This document shows, one piece after another, positions 50,673-63,541 of a stretch of DNA of 64,000 nucleotides. The stretch comes from an uncultured Acidobacteriota bacterium (GTDB lineage Bacteria > Acidobacteriota > Thermoanaerobaculia > Multivoradales > UBA5704), in NCBI GenBank assembly GCA_963700145.1, contig OY969474.1, positions 288,001 to 352,000 on the forward strand, given 5' to 3'. How positions within the stretch are numbered: the stretch's first letter is position 1; every line of letters starts with the position of its first letter. The translations under genes were made by a program, and so were the position numbers. Under the pieces are notes generated by a model. It was not told the origin of the DNA. It saw nothing but the letters and a program-made list of their open reading frames with translations, and did not search any database.

Positions 50673-51977
50673 TCAACGTTCGAGCTCGCCTAGAACCAGA
50701 TCGATCTCCCAGGGCCGCACAAAGCGAACGGGGACTCCTTCCTCGACGGTGTCGAGCCGCAGAGAGGCGTTGACCACGCCCAGGCAGGCCGGACGGTACG
50801 CTTCGAGAAAGCTATGTGTTCCTCGTGACACCGTCGGACGGGCGAGCTCGGCAGCTTTGACTTCAATTGCCACCATCCGTTTCCCGCGCCGCACCACGAA
50901 GTCGACCTCGGCACCGCCCTTCGAGCGCCAGAAGCGGATTTCGTCCAGCAACTCCAAGCGTTTTGCCAGCTCGTTGAAGATTGCATTCTCCCAGAGAGCG
51001 CCGCGGTCAGCCCTCTCGCTGCTCGCCTTGAAGCCGCCGAAGACCGCGTTGCGCAAGCCGTTGTCGAGGAAAAAGACTTTGGGCGTTCCGGAGATCTCGG
51101 AGCGCTTGCCCCCCGCGAACGGTGGCACCAGCCGGAGCACGAGTGCTTCCTCTGCGATCTCGAGGTAACGCCCAACGGTGTTGCGGGAGGCTTGGGCCAA
51201 GCCTGCCCAGTCGGTGAGATTCACCAGATTGCCGATGTCCGCCGCCGCCAGCTCCAGCAGCTTGCGAAACACCGACGGCCGCTCGATCTGATGGAGATCG
51301 GAGGTGTCCTTGAGGACGAAGGCTTCCACCAGGTGATGCAGTGCCGTCGCAGGATCAGAATCGAACCACGGCTCCGGATAACCGCCCGTGACGACGAGCT
51401 TTTCCCACAGGTCGCGGAGCCGCAGGTCGCGGATCGCGGGCGCCAGCCCCGCGGGAACGAGCGCTGCGACCTCCTGGAGAGAAAAGGGCAAGAGCTCAGT
51501 CCGTCGCGCCCGGCCGGCGAGAGACTCCCGCGTCCGCGCGCTGAATGCGAACGACGAGCTGCCGGTGGCGACGATGCGTCGCGACTTGTCGAGGTCGACA
51601 AGGCCCTTGATGAAGAGCGGCGCCTCCGCAAGGTGCTGGATCTCCTCGCACAGAAAGAGGGTCTCGGGGCTCAGCACCTCGGCCAGGGCATCCAGAGCGA
51701 GAGCGGGGGAGTGGGCGAGCTCGCGGATCCGCGGCTCCTCGGCATGAAGGATGAGGACCGGGGCCTCGACGTGAGTCAAGGCTTCCCGAATCCACGTCGA
51801 CTTTCCAGCCTGCCGCGGCCCCACGACCAGCTCTGCGCGCCCCGGACGCAGCTCGAGCCGGCGATGGCGTGCGATGAACAGTTCCGGCAGTGAGGCAGCG
51901 AGCAAAGCAGCTTGATCCGCCGGCCGGTCAAGCCACGGATTGTGCATACGGAGCGTCGCCAGGAGGGCCGGGTCCAT
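50673..51977 (-). CDS. AAA_14 ATPase with DUF4143 and nuclease-like C-terminus
   Basis: GPRQAGKST, EEIQ, ATGSS, ESLAGR, GGYP, EVDFV...AIEVK. Confidence 0.9.
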   Translation of the reverse strand: MDPALLATLRMHNPWLDRPADQAALLAASLPELFIARHRRLELRPGRAELVVGPRQAGKSTWIREALTHVEAPVLILHAEEPRIRELAHSPALALDALAEVLSPETLFLCEEIQHLAEAPLFIKGLVDLDKSRRIVATGSSSFAFSARTRESLAGRARRTELLPFSLQEVAALVPAGLAPAIRDLRLRDLWEKLVVTGGYPEPWFDSDPATALHHLVEAFVLKDTSDLHQIERPSVFRKLLELAAADIGNLVNLTDWAGLAQASRNTVGRYLEIAEEALVLRLVPPFAGGKRSEISGTPKVFFLDNGLRNAVFGGFKASSERADRGALWENAIFNELAKRLELLDEIRFWRSKGGAEVDFVVRRGKRMVAIEVKAAELARPTVSRGTHSFLEAYRPACLGVVNASLRLDTVEEGVPVRFVRPWEIDLVLGELER

Positions 51978-52107
51978 GATCGGCTCAGGTTAACTGTGAG
52001 CAACGAGCCCGGTCAATCGGCATTTGCCCTGACGATTAGTAGGGTTGATCGGCGGGCTCGGGCGCCTGTCGCGCTAGGCTGGGGCACAGCGGCACCGGGA
52101 GAACCCT

Positions 52108-53808
52108 ATGACCGACCCACCGACGCCTGCCCCGCCCGCCGCGACCGTCATCGCCACGCCGTCGCCAGAGAACCGGGAAGCCATGTTCCCGGCATTGACG
52201 GCGGCGCAGCTCGCCCGCGTGGCCGCGCACGGCACCGAGCGCCGGACCGCCCCCGGCGAGGTGCTGGTCGAGGTGGGGGACTCCCACGTGCCGTTCTTCG
52301 TCGTCACCGCCGGCGAGCTCGAGGCCGTGCGCCTCTTCGGCGGCACCGCGACGCGGGTGGCCCTGCACGGCCCCGGCAACTTCACCGGCGAGGTCAGCAC
52401 GCTCGCCGGCCGCCGCGCCCTGGTGAGCGTGCGCGCCACCCAGCCGGGCGCGGTGATCGAGCTCGACCGCGAGGGGCTGCTGGCGCTCGTCCAGACCGAC
52501 GCGGAGCTCTCCGAGATCGTCCTGCGCGCCTTCGTCCTGCGCCGCGTGGAGCTCGTCGCCCAGGGCCTCGGCGACGTCGTCCTGGTCGGCTCCGACCACT
52601 GCTCGGGCACGCTGCGGGTGCGCGAGTTCCTGACCCGCAACGGCCATCCCTACGCCTACATCGACCTCGACCGCGACGAGGGCGTCCAGGAGCTCCTCGA
52701 CCGCTTCCACGTCGCCGCTGCCGACGTGCCGATCGTCATCTGTCGCGGCGAGATCGTGCTGCGCAACCCGACTAACCAGCAGATCGCCGGCTGCCTCGGC
52801 TTCAACGACGCCATCGACCAGAGCCTGGTGCGCGACCTCGTCGTCATCGGCGCCGGCCCCTCCGGTCTCGCGGCCGCGGTCTACGGCGCCTCGGAAGGGC
52901 TCGACGTCCTGGTGGTGGAGGCGAGCTCACCCGGCGGCCAGGCCGGCGCCAGCTCGCGGATCGAGAACTACCTGGGATTTCCCACCGGCATCTCCGGCCA
53001 GGAGCTCGCCGGCCGGGCCTACACGCAGGCGGAGAAGTTCGGGGCGAAGGTGGCGATCCCCCGTAGCGCCCGGCGCCTCGCCTGCGACCGCCGCCCGTAC
53101 GTGCTCGAGCTCGACGCCGGCCCGCCGGTGCCGGCCCGCGCGGTGATCATCGCCACCGGTGCCGAGTACCGGCGGCTCGCCCTCGACGACCTCGGCCGGT
53201 TCGAGGGCGCCGGGGTCTACTACCTGGCCACCTTCATGGAGGCGCGGCTGTGCCGCGACGAGGAGATCGCCGTCGTGGGCGGCGGCAACTCCGCCGGCCA
53301 GGCCGCGGTGTTTTTGGCGCAGACCGCGCGGCACGTCCACGTGCTGGTGCGCGCGCGGGGGCTGGCGGACAGCATGTCGCGCTACCTCGTCCGTCGCCTC
53401 GAAGGCACCCCCAACATCACGCTGCATACGCGGACGGAGATCGTGGCGCTCGAGGGCGAGGCCCACGTCGAGCGCGTGCGCTGGCGCGACGGCGCGGAGC
53501 AGACGGTCGAGAGCCACGACATCCGCCACGTCTTCGTCATGACGGGCGCAGTGCCGAGCACGCGGTGGCTCGCCGGCTGCGTGGCGCTCGACGAGAAGGG
53601 CTTCATCAAGACCGGGACGACGCTGACGCCGGAGGACCTCGCCGCGGCGGGCTGGCCGCTGGCACGGCTGCCTCACTTGCTGGAGACCAGCCTGCCGGGC
53701 GTCTTCGCGGTCGGCGACGTGCGCAGCGGCAGCTTCAAGCGCGTGGCCTCGGCGGTCGGCGAGGGCTCGATCGCCGTCGCCCTCGTCCACCAAGTGCTGC
53801 ACGAGTAG
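52108..53808 (+). CDS. cNMP-binding domain thioredoxin-reductase-like flavoprotein
   Basis: N-terminal cNMP fold, GAGPSG, SSRIENYLGFPTG, GGGNSAGQ, GDVRSGS. Confidence 0.9.
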   Translation: MTDPPTPAPPAATVIATPSPENREAMFPALTAAQLARVAAHGTERRTAPGEVLVEVGDSHVPFFVVTAGELEAVRLFGGTATRVALHGPGNFTGEVSTLAGRRALVSVRATQPGAVIELDREGLLALVQTDAELSEIVLRAFVLRRVELVAQGLGDVVLVGSDHCSGTLRVREFLTRNGHPYAYIDLDRDEGVQELLDRFHVAAADVPIVICRGEIVLRNPTNQQIAGCLGFNDAIDQSLVRDLVVIGAGPSGLAAAVYGASEGLDVLVVEASSPGGQAGASSRIENYLGFPTGISGQELAGRAYTQAEKFGAKVAIPRSARRLACDRRPYVLELDAGPPVPARAVIIATGAEYRRLALDDLGRFEGAGVYYLATFMEARLCRDEEIAVVGGGNSAGQAAVFLAQTARHVHVLVRARGLADSMSRYLVRRLEGTPNITLHTRTEIVALEGEAHVERVRWRDGAEQTVESHDIRHVFVMTGAVPSTRWLAGCVALDEKGFIKTGTTLTPEDLAAAGWPLARLPHLLETSLPGVFAVGDVRSGSFKRVASAVGEGSIAVALVHQVLHE

Positions 53809-54004
53809 CAGTCGCGCCGATGCTCCGGCGTTCATAAGCTTCTTCTCCCTAAATCATCGAATGTATGAGATCTGGCTCCTGGCTCGAGGGCCTCCTCGAC
53901 CCCGGCCGGCGCTCTTTCTCCTCGGGAACCGACCGCTCCAGGGACACTCTCCGCCCGTGGCATTCCTCTTGCGAAATGGGCTCCCACCTACCGAGGAGAT
54001 AGCG

Positions 54005-55135
54005 ATGTCGACTGACTCTGTTCACGGCTCGTCTCGATTCCTGCTGCGCAGCGTGTTGCCGGTGGTGCTGGTCGCGATCGGCGCCCTGCTGGTGCCGCCG
54101 TCCGTCACCGCGCAGAGCTGCGTTCTCACCCGCCTCGACACGCCCGTCATGGACGCCTTCCACAACGACTTCACCCCCACCGGCGCTCACCAGCGCTTCC
54201 AGGCCTCCCTCGGCCACCGCTACGGCTACTCGTTCCGCCACTTCGTCGGCACCGACGAGCAGGAGGAGCGGATGGCCGAGCACAGCCAGGTGGTCAACAA
54301 CGTCAACATCATCGACCTCTCGATGCGCTACAGCTTCAACTCCCAGACGAGCCTCTCGGTGGGCCTCCCGTACCTGACGGCCAACCGCGACGGCGCGCTG
54401 CGCAACGCCGAAGGGCACGTGATCGCGCGCTACACGCGCAGCCAGACCGAAGGGCTCGGCGACGTCACGGTGGTCGCCAAGCACCTGCTCTGGGACCCGG
54501 CGACCCACCGCCGCTCGAACCTCTCCCTTGGGCTCGGCATCAAGGCCCCGACCGGTGACTACAAGCAGCGGCAGAGCACGCTGTCGCTCCGCGGCAGCCA
54601 GATCGTGCGCAGCGACGGGGGCACTGCCGATTACTCGGTCCAGCCCGGCGACGGCGCCTGGGGGATCATCACCGAGGCGAGCGGCTACCGCATCCTCAAC
54701 AAGACCGGCTCGCTTGCCCTCTACGGCAGCGGCACCTACATCTTCGCGCCCGAGACGCACAACGGCGTCGCGCGTCCCAACGCCAACATCGCCGAGGAGT
54801 TCGTGTCGGCGACGGACCAGTACGTGGCGCGCCTCGGCGTGCAGATCGGTCCCAAGTCCTGGCGCGGCTTCGGCCTCGGCCTCGGCGGCCGCATCGAGGG
54901 CATCCCGCCGCACGACGCCTTCGGCTCGAGCTTCGGCCGCCGGCGCCCGGGCTACATGGCCTCGGTCGAGCCGTCGCTGAGCTACTCCTGGGGCGGCAAC
55001 TCGCTCTCGATGTCGGTGCCGTGGGCCGTCGAGCGCAACCGCCAGCGCAGCGTCTCGGACCTCATCCGCGGCTCGCACGGCGACGCGGCCTTCCCGGACT
55101 ACGTGGTGCTGACCAACTACGCGGTTCGGTTCTGA
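54005..55135 (+). CDS. Outer-membrane beta-barrel/transporter-like protein
   Basis: GAGGAG SD, signal peptide, GLGDV, LGIKAPTG, QPGDG, terminal YAVRF. Confidence 0.7.
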   Translation: MSTDSVHGSSRFLLRSVLPVVLVAIGALLVPPSVTAQSCVLTRLDTPVMDAFHNDFTPTGAHQRFQASLGHRYGYSFRHFVGTDEQEERMAEHSQVVNNVNIIDLSMRYSFNSQTSLSVGLPYLTANRDGALRNAEGHVIARYTRSQTEGLGDVTVVAKHLLWDPATHRRSNLSLGLGIKAPTGDYKQRQSTLSLRGSQIVRSDGGTADYSVQPGDGAWGIITEASGYRILNKTGSLALYGSGTYIFAPETHNGVARPNANIAEEFVSATDQYVARLGVQIGPKSWRGFGLGLGGRIEGIPPHDAFGSSFGRRRPGYMASVEPSLSYSWGGNSLSMSVPWAVERNRQRSVSDLIRGSHGDAAFPDYVVLTNYAVRF

Positions 55136-55187
55136 TGCGGCGAGGCGACGGCGCGCTCTGGTAGGACTCCGCCGCCGCTGAGTGCGC

Positions 55188-55622
55188 TCAGCGCCGCCGC
55201 GCCCGGTCGGGCTCGCGGGGTTCGGCGGCGGGGGCGGCGGCTTGGGCGGCGAGGATCTCGCGCAGCTTGCCGAGGGCCTGGTCGAGCTGCTCGGGGGTGA
55301 AAGGCGGGGGCTGGCGCGGGACGCTGCCCTGGAGCTTGGTGGCGAGGTCGCGGACTTTCTGGCCGGTCGGGCTCGGCTGCGGCGCTTCCTGCGGGTACGC
55401 CAGGCGGAAGAACTCGACAGGGTCGAGCTGGATGACCTCGAGGATCTGGAACAGGTGGCCGATCTTGAAGGTCAGGGAGCGGCCCCAGAGCTTGCTCAGG
55501 TAGCCGGACGCGAGGTCCATCCGGCGCTCGATCTCGTTGAGCGGGACGCCGGAGATCCGGACGACCGTCAGCAGGAGCTCGAGGAGCCGGTTGGTCTCCG
55601 CCCTGGCGGCTTCCGCAGACAC
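55188..55622 (-). CDS. XRE-like helix-turn-helix protein
   Basis: LNEIERRMDLASGYLSKLW...PVEFF. Confidence 0.7.
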   Translation of the reverse strand: MSAEAARAETNRLLELLLTVVRISGVPLNEIERRMDLASGYLSKLWGRSLTFKIGHLFQILEVIQLDPVEFFRLAYPQEAPQPSPTGQKVRDLATKLQGSVPRQPPPFTPEQLDQALGKLREILAAQAAAPAAEPREPDRARRR

Positions 55623-55633
55623 GATGCCCTAGG

Positions 55634-58749
<3,116 letters not shown>

Positions 58750-58750
<1 letters not shown>

Positions 58751-60318
58751 CAGTGCACGTGCCCTTCGACCGCGCCCGAGCCCAGCAGCTCGCTGCGGCG
58801 GATGGCGTTGCCGCCGCGGGTGACCACGCGCTCGCCCGGAGCGATGCCGCGCACCGCCACCCGCGGCCCCTGCCGGGCGACGACCTCGACCTCGCGCCGC
58901 GCGAAGCTCTCGCCGCCGAGCTGAACGTAAACGACCTCGACGCCGGCGTCGTCCACCAGCGCCGAGGCGGGCAGCACGATGCCGCGCACCTCCCCGGGCA
59001 GCAGCAACTCGGTCTCGACGCGGCTGCCGAGGCGCAGCACGTCGACGCCGCGCCGGACCTCCAGGACGACCGGCACCATGCCCGTCGCGCGGTCCACCTC
59101 CGGGGAACGCGAGACCAGCCGCAGCTCGCCGGCCGGCACCGGGAAGGGCTCCTCCTCCGCCCAGCGGCGGACGAAGAGGCCGGCCGGCGCGGCGGTCAGC
59201 GCCGCCGCCTGCGCCGGCCGCAGGGCCAGCTCCAGCCAGACGGGCGAGGTCCGGACCAGGCGCGCCAGCGGCGCGCCGGCGGCCACGAACTGCCCCGGGC
59301 TCACCGCCACCTCCGCCACCCGGCCGGCGATCGGCGCCGCGATGCGGAAGCTCTCCGGCCCGGCGCCGCCCCGCCGCACCGCGCCGGCCGCGGCGCGGCC
59401 GCGGCGGGCCGCCTCGAGGCGAGCCGAAAGCGCGCGCACCGCCGCGTCCGCCTCCTCGACCTCGCGCCGGCTCGCCGCCTCGACCGCCAGCAGCTCGCGC
59501 AGGCGGGCGAGCCGCGAGCGCGCCGCGTGCAGCTCGGCCTCGAGCGATGTCACGTCGGCGCCCAGCTCGGAGAGGCTGCGCTCGCCCTCGACGCGCGGCG
59601 CCAGCGTGAAGAGCGGCGTCCCCCGCGCCGCCTCCAGGCCGACGTGCGGCCAGCGCGCGGCGGTGACCACGCCGTCGGCAGGGGCGGTGAGCGTCGCCTC
59701 GCCGCCGCCGGCGGCGCGCACCGTCGCCGGGGCCCGCAGCGTCCGCCGCAGGCTTCCGGTCTCGGCCCAGGCGGTGGCGAACGGCGTGCGCCATTGCTGC
59801 TCCTTCAGAAACCCGATCGGCTCGCCGCCGGCAGCGTCCTCGGCCGGCGTCCCCGGCGGCGGCTCGACCAGCCCGCCCGGCGACTCCGCCGTCCCGACGC
59901 GCACGCGGCCGGCGGCGATCTCCTCGCGGCGGCCCCGCTCCTCGACCCGGAAGACGAGGTCGAAGGTGCCCTCGCGTGCCGGGCGGAAGACGACCTGGAA
60001 GATGCCGGGGCGGAGCGGCGAGGGCGCGTGGAACGTCTCCTCCCGGCCGCCGCCGCGCAGGATGCCGGTGACCGAACCGCGGTCGAGCGCCGAGAAGTCA
60101 TCGAGCACGGTGAAGTGGGCGTGCGAGGGGGCCTCGCGGCCGGCGATCAGGGGGTCGGTTTCGGCGAACAGCTCGTAGTGCTCGCTCCAGGCGGTGACCG
60201 ACCAGGGCTCGGCCTCGCCGGCGTGCTCGTCGCCCTCAGGGCCGGCGTCGCGGCAAGCCGGCAGAAGGGCGAGCGCCAGGACGGCAAGGGGAAGGAGCGG
60301 CGTCGCGGCACGGGTCAT
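58750..60318 (-). CDS. RND periplasmic adaptor, lipoprotein
   Basis: LPAC lipobox, FLKEQQW, IAAPIAGRV, GERVVTRG, GHVH tail. Confidence 0.9.
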
Positions 60319-61544
60319 GGCAGCTCTCCAGGTGCGGGAGTCGATCCGACGGGGCGGCCGGCGGCGGCCTCGAGGGCGCGCTCGGCCGCGAGCGCCGCCT
60401 CGCGCAACGCGAGTGAAGTCGTGCGCGACGCGAGGGCCGCGCGCAGGCTGTCGAGGAAGTCGGTCAGGTCGGCCTCGCCGAGCTCGAACGCGGCGGATGC
60501 GCCGGCCAGCACCGCGTCGGTCTCGGCGGCGGCCGCTTCGGCCGCCCCGGCTTCGCGGCTCAGGCGCTCGTAGGCGGCGAGCGCGCCGGCCAGCTCGGCC
60601 TCGGCGCGGGCGCGGGCCAGAGACAGCTCGGCGCGGGCGCCGGCGAGGCGGGCCTCGGCCTCGCGGCGGTCGGCCTGGCGGCGGTCGAAGAGCGGCACCG
60701 TCCAGCCGACCGAGGCGACCGGCCCGGCGTGGGCGTCCCCCTCCTGCTCCACCCGCTTCCAGCCGAGGCCGAGCGCCGGGGGATCGACGACGCGGCCGGC
60801 GAGCCGCCGCAAGGCCTCGGCGCGCTCGACCTCCCGCTCGCGGGCGAGGAGGTCCGCCCGCGCCGCGAGGGCGGCCGCCGGGGCGATCTCGGCGGCGGCC
60901 GGCAGGGTTGGCGAGGCGGGGCGGGCGCCGGCGGACAGCGCGGGCAGCCAAGCCGCCACCTCCGCCCGCCGGCCGGCCAGCTCCGCCTCGGCGAGGGCGA
61001 GGTCGGCACGCGCCTGCGCCTCTTCGAGCGTCAGGCGCCGGGCGGCCAGGCCGGGGATCTCCCCCGCCTCGGCGCGGGCGCGGGCCCGCCGCGCCAGCTC
61101 GCCGACGCGGGCGAGGTGCGCCGCCGCGAGGTCCCGGCGCTCGGCGGCGAGCGCCCAGCCGGCGTAGGCGGCGCGCAGCGCCAGCCGCAGCCGCAGCCGG
61201 CCCGCAGCGAGGCGCCCCTCGGCGGCCGCGAGCCCGCGCTCCGCCGCCTCGCGGCGCAGGGCGCGGCGCCCGCCGAGCGGCGGCGTCCAGGTGGCGACGG
61301 CGGCCGTCTCGCGCGCGCTCGGGTCCGGCTCCTCGCGGGTGACCTCGACGGCCGGGTTGGGCAGCAGCGCGGCGCGCACCACCTCGGCGGCGGCCACCTC
61401 GCGCTCCGCCAGGAGCGCGGCGGCGGCCGGGTGGTCCTCGCCCACCGCGGCGAGGAGCTCCGCCTCGGTGAAGACGACCGCCTCCTGCGCGCCGGCCGGC
61501 GCGAGAGCGAGCAGGAGCGACAGGGCAAACCAGGTTCTAGACAT
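60315..61544 (-). CDS. TolC/CzcC-family outer-membrane efflux protein
   Basis: LPNP, VPLFDRRQ, Ala-rich helices, operon position. Confidence 0.9.
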   Translation of the reverse strand: MSRTWFALSLLLALAPAGAQEAVVFTEAELLAAVGEDHPAAAALLAEREVAAAEVVRAALLPNPAVEVTREEPDPSARETAAVATWTPPLGGRRALRREAAERGLAAAEGRLAAGRLRLRLALRAAYAGWALAAERRDLAAAHLARVGELARRARARAEAGEIPGLAARRLTLEEAQARADLALAEAELAGRRAEVAAWLPALSAGARPASPTLPAAAEIAPAAALAARADLLAREREVERAEALRRLAGRVVDPPALGLGWKRVEQEGDAHAGPVASVGWTVPLFDRRQADRREAEARLAGARAELSLARARAEAELAGALAAYERLSREAGAAEAAAAETDAVLAGASAAFELGEADLTDFLDSLRAALASRTTSLALREAALAAERALEAAAGRPVGSTPAPGELP

Positions 61545-61636
61545 GACGACTCCGTTCGCGCGAACAAACAGGGTGCGCGGCGCCGCGAGAGGGCACCGCG
61601 AAGGGCCGGACGAGCGCCGGCGCTAGGAGGCGGGGT

Positions 61637-62002
61637 TCAGATCAGCAGACTGCAGAGCAGCGCGAGCCGCGGCGGGCCGCACCCGGACGGGCCGGCAGGC
61701 GGGCGCCCGCGCAAGGGCGCCGTCGCGAGCGCGAGCTGCGCAGGGGGGCCGAGCCGGAGCGGCGAGAAGGCGGGGGACTGGACGCTGCGCGGCGGGTCCT
61801 GCCGCGCGGAGGGCGCGGGGGTGAGGTCGTGAGTATGCGGCGGGGTGCCTTCGGGATGGTCGTGCCCGTGCACCAGCGCCGCGGCGAACGTCTCGGGATG
61901 GCTGTGACCGTCCCACACGGCCGCTCCGAGCTGGAGCAGCCCAGGCGCTGAAGTGACGGCGACGAGCAGAAGAGCGGCGAGAAGCGGACGGCAGGCGCGC
62001 AC
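61637..62002 (-). CDS. His-rich leader protein upstream of the RND operon (CzcI/DUF2946-like)
   Basis: TM helix, HGHDH...HTH, GPP...CSLLI; GTG 6 nt after CACAAT. Confidence 0.6.
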   Translation of the reverse strand: MRACRPLLAALLLVAVTSAPGLLQLGAAVWDGHSHPETFAAALVHGHDHPEGTPPHTHDLTPAPSARQDPPRSVQSPAFSPLRLGPPAQLALATAPLRGRPPAGPSGCGPPRLALLCSLLI

Positions 62003-62059
62003 CGCAGGATTGTGTCCCACCGTCGGACGAGCGGTCAAACCGAGCGATACAGTCACACC

Positions 62060-63028
62060 ATGCGACAACCAATCCCTTCTGCAATCGGGCCGCTCCTCGT
62101 CTGCGCCGTCCTCGCCGCGGCCGCGCTCTCCGCGCAGGAGCCACCCCCGGCCGAGAGCTCCCCGGCCGGGCTCGACACCGCGGCGATCGAGCGGCTGACC
62201 GGCCTCAAGGGGGAGCTCAACGCGCGCGAAGGGGTCTTCCGCGTCAGCGCGCCGCGGAGCGACCTCGCGGTGCGGGTAGGGGGCGTGCGGATGACGCCGC
62301 GCCTGGGCCTGAGCTCATGGGCGGCCTTCCGGCGCGCCGGGGCGGCGGCGATGGTGATGGGCGACCTGGTGCTGCTCGAGGGGGAGGTCGATCCGGTCAT
62401 GGGGGCCGCCCTCGACGCCGGCCTCGAGGTGACGGCGCTGCACAACCACTTCCTCGGCGAGAGCCCGCGGGTGATGTTTCTGCACGTCGGCGGGCACGGG
62501 CCGCTCGCCGAGCTGGCCGGCGCCGTGGGGAAGGTCTTCCGGGCGCTCGAGCAAGCGCGGGGGCGGGAGCTGAAACGGGCGGAGATCGACCCCGCGCGGA
62601 CGGCGCTCGACCCGGCGCCGATCGAGACCGCGCTCGGCGCCAAGGGCGAGCTCAAGGACGGCGTGCTGCGGGTGACGATCGGCAAGCCGGCGCGCATGCA
62701 CGGCGAGGAGCTGGGCGCGGCGATGGGGGTCAACACCTGGGCCGCCTTCGCCGGCGACGAGCGGCAGGCGGTCGTGGACGGCGACTTCGCGATGTACGAG
62801 CCGGAGCTCCAGATCGTGCTGCAGGGGCTGCGCAAGGTGGGGATCTCGGTGGTGGCGATCCACCACCACATGACCGGCGAAGAACCGCGGGTCGTCTTCC
62901 TCCACTACTGGGCGACCGGCCCGGCGCTCGAGCTGGCGGCCGGGCTGCGCGCGGTGCTCGACGCCCAGGCCGGCGCGGCCCCGCGCGCCGCCGGGGCCCC
63001 TGCGGATGCAGCGGCCGCGACGCCGTAG
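62060..63028 (+). CDS. Secreted DUF1259 double-domain protein
   Basis: SWAAF, MVMGDLVL, TALHNH and VAIHHH, FLHYW. Confidence 0.85.
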   Translation: MRQPIPSAIGPLLVCAVLAAAALSAQEPPPAESSPAGLDTAAIERLTGLKGELNAREGVFRVSAPRSDLAVRVGGVRMTPRLGLSSWAAFRRAGAAAMVMGDLVLLEGEVDPVMGAALDAGLEVTALHNHFLGESPRVMFLHVGGHGPLAELAGAVGKVFRALEQARGRELKRAEIDPARTALDPAPIETALGAKGELKDGVLRVTIGKPARMHGEELGAAMGVNTWAAFAGDERQAVVDGDFAMYEPELQIVLQGLRKVGISVVAIHHHMTGEEPRVVFLHYWATGPALELAAGLRAVLDAQAGAAPRAAGAPADAAAATP

Positions 63029-63092
63029 GCGTTCGCTCGGTGCGGTCCTCCTCACGACCGCCGGCGGGCTCGAGCGCGCTACAATGCCCCCG

Positions 63093-63467
63093 ATGAGGCG
63101 ACTCCCGGCCCGTGGCCGCTCGGCCGCCGCCAGTCTGCTTGCCCTGCTCCTCGGCGCCGTCCTCCTGGCCGGCACGGTGGAGGTCCACGGCACGGCGGCG
63201 GAGCACTCCGCCCTCGATCGGCCGACCGTCGTCTTCACCGACGCGCGGCACGCCGACCAGCCGCTCCACCTCGAGACCTCGGCCGTCCTGGAGGTCCCGC
63301 GCTGCGCCTGGTGCGTGCTCCACGCCAAGAGCCTGGGCGACGCCCTGCGCGTGCCCGCGCGGCTCGCCGGCCCCGCGCTCGCCCGGACCGCCGCCGGCGC
63401 TCCGCTCGACGAGCCCGCCGCCCCGCCCCGCCTCCGCCCGGTCTCCCGCGGCCCGCCGCTCGCCTGA
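63093..63467 (+). CDS. DUF2946/CruR-like leader protein with CxxC and RGPP
   Basis: TM helix, His residues, CAWC, C-terminal SRGPPLA. Confidence 0.72.
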   Translation: MRRLPARGRSAAASLLALLLGAVLLAGTVEVHGTAAEHSALDRPTVVFTDARHADQPLHLETSAVLEVPRCAWCVLHAKSLGDALRVPARLAGPALARTAAGAPLDEPAAPPRLRPVSRGPPLA

Positions 63468-63541
63468 CCCGCTCCTCGCGCTGAAAAAGCCCGCGCCGGC
63501 GGGCACTTCGCCTTTTCTCTGCGACGGAAAGGAGTCCGGAC

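Noticed and set aside
53061-53075. REP-like CCGTAGCGCCCGGC inside the reductase gene
   Set aside because: Only a half site with no second stem arm; probably chance
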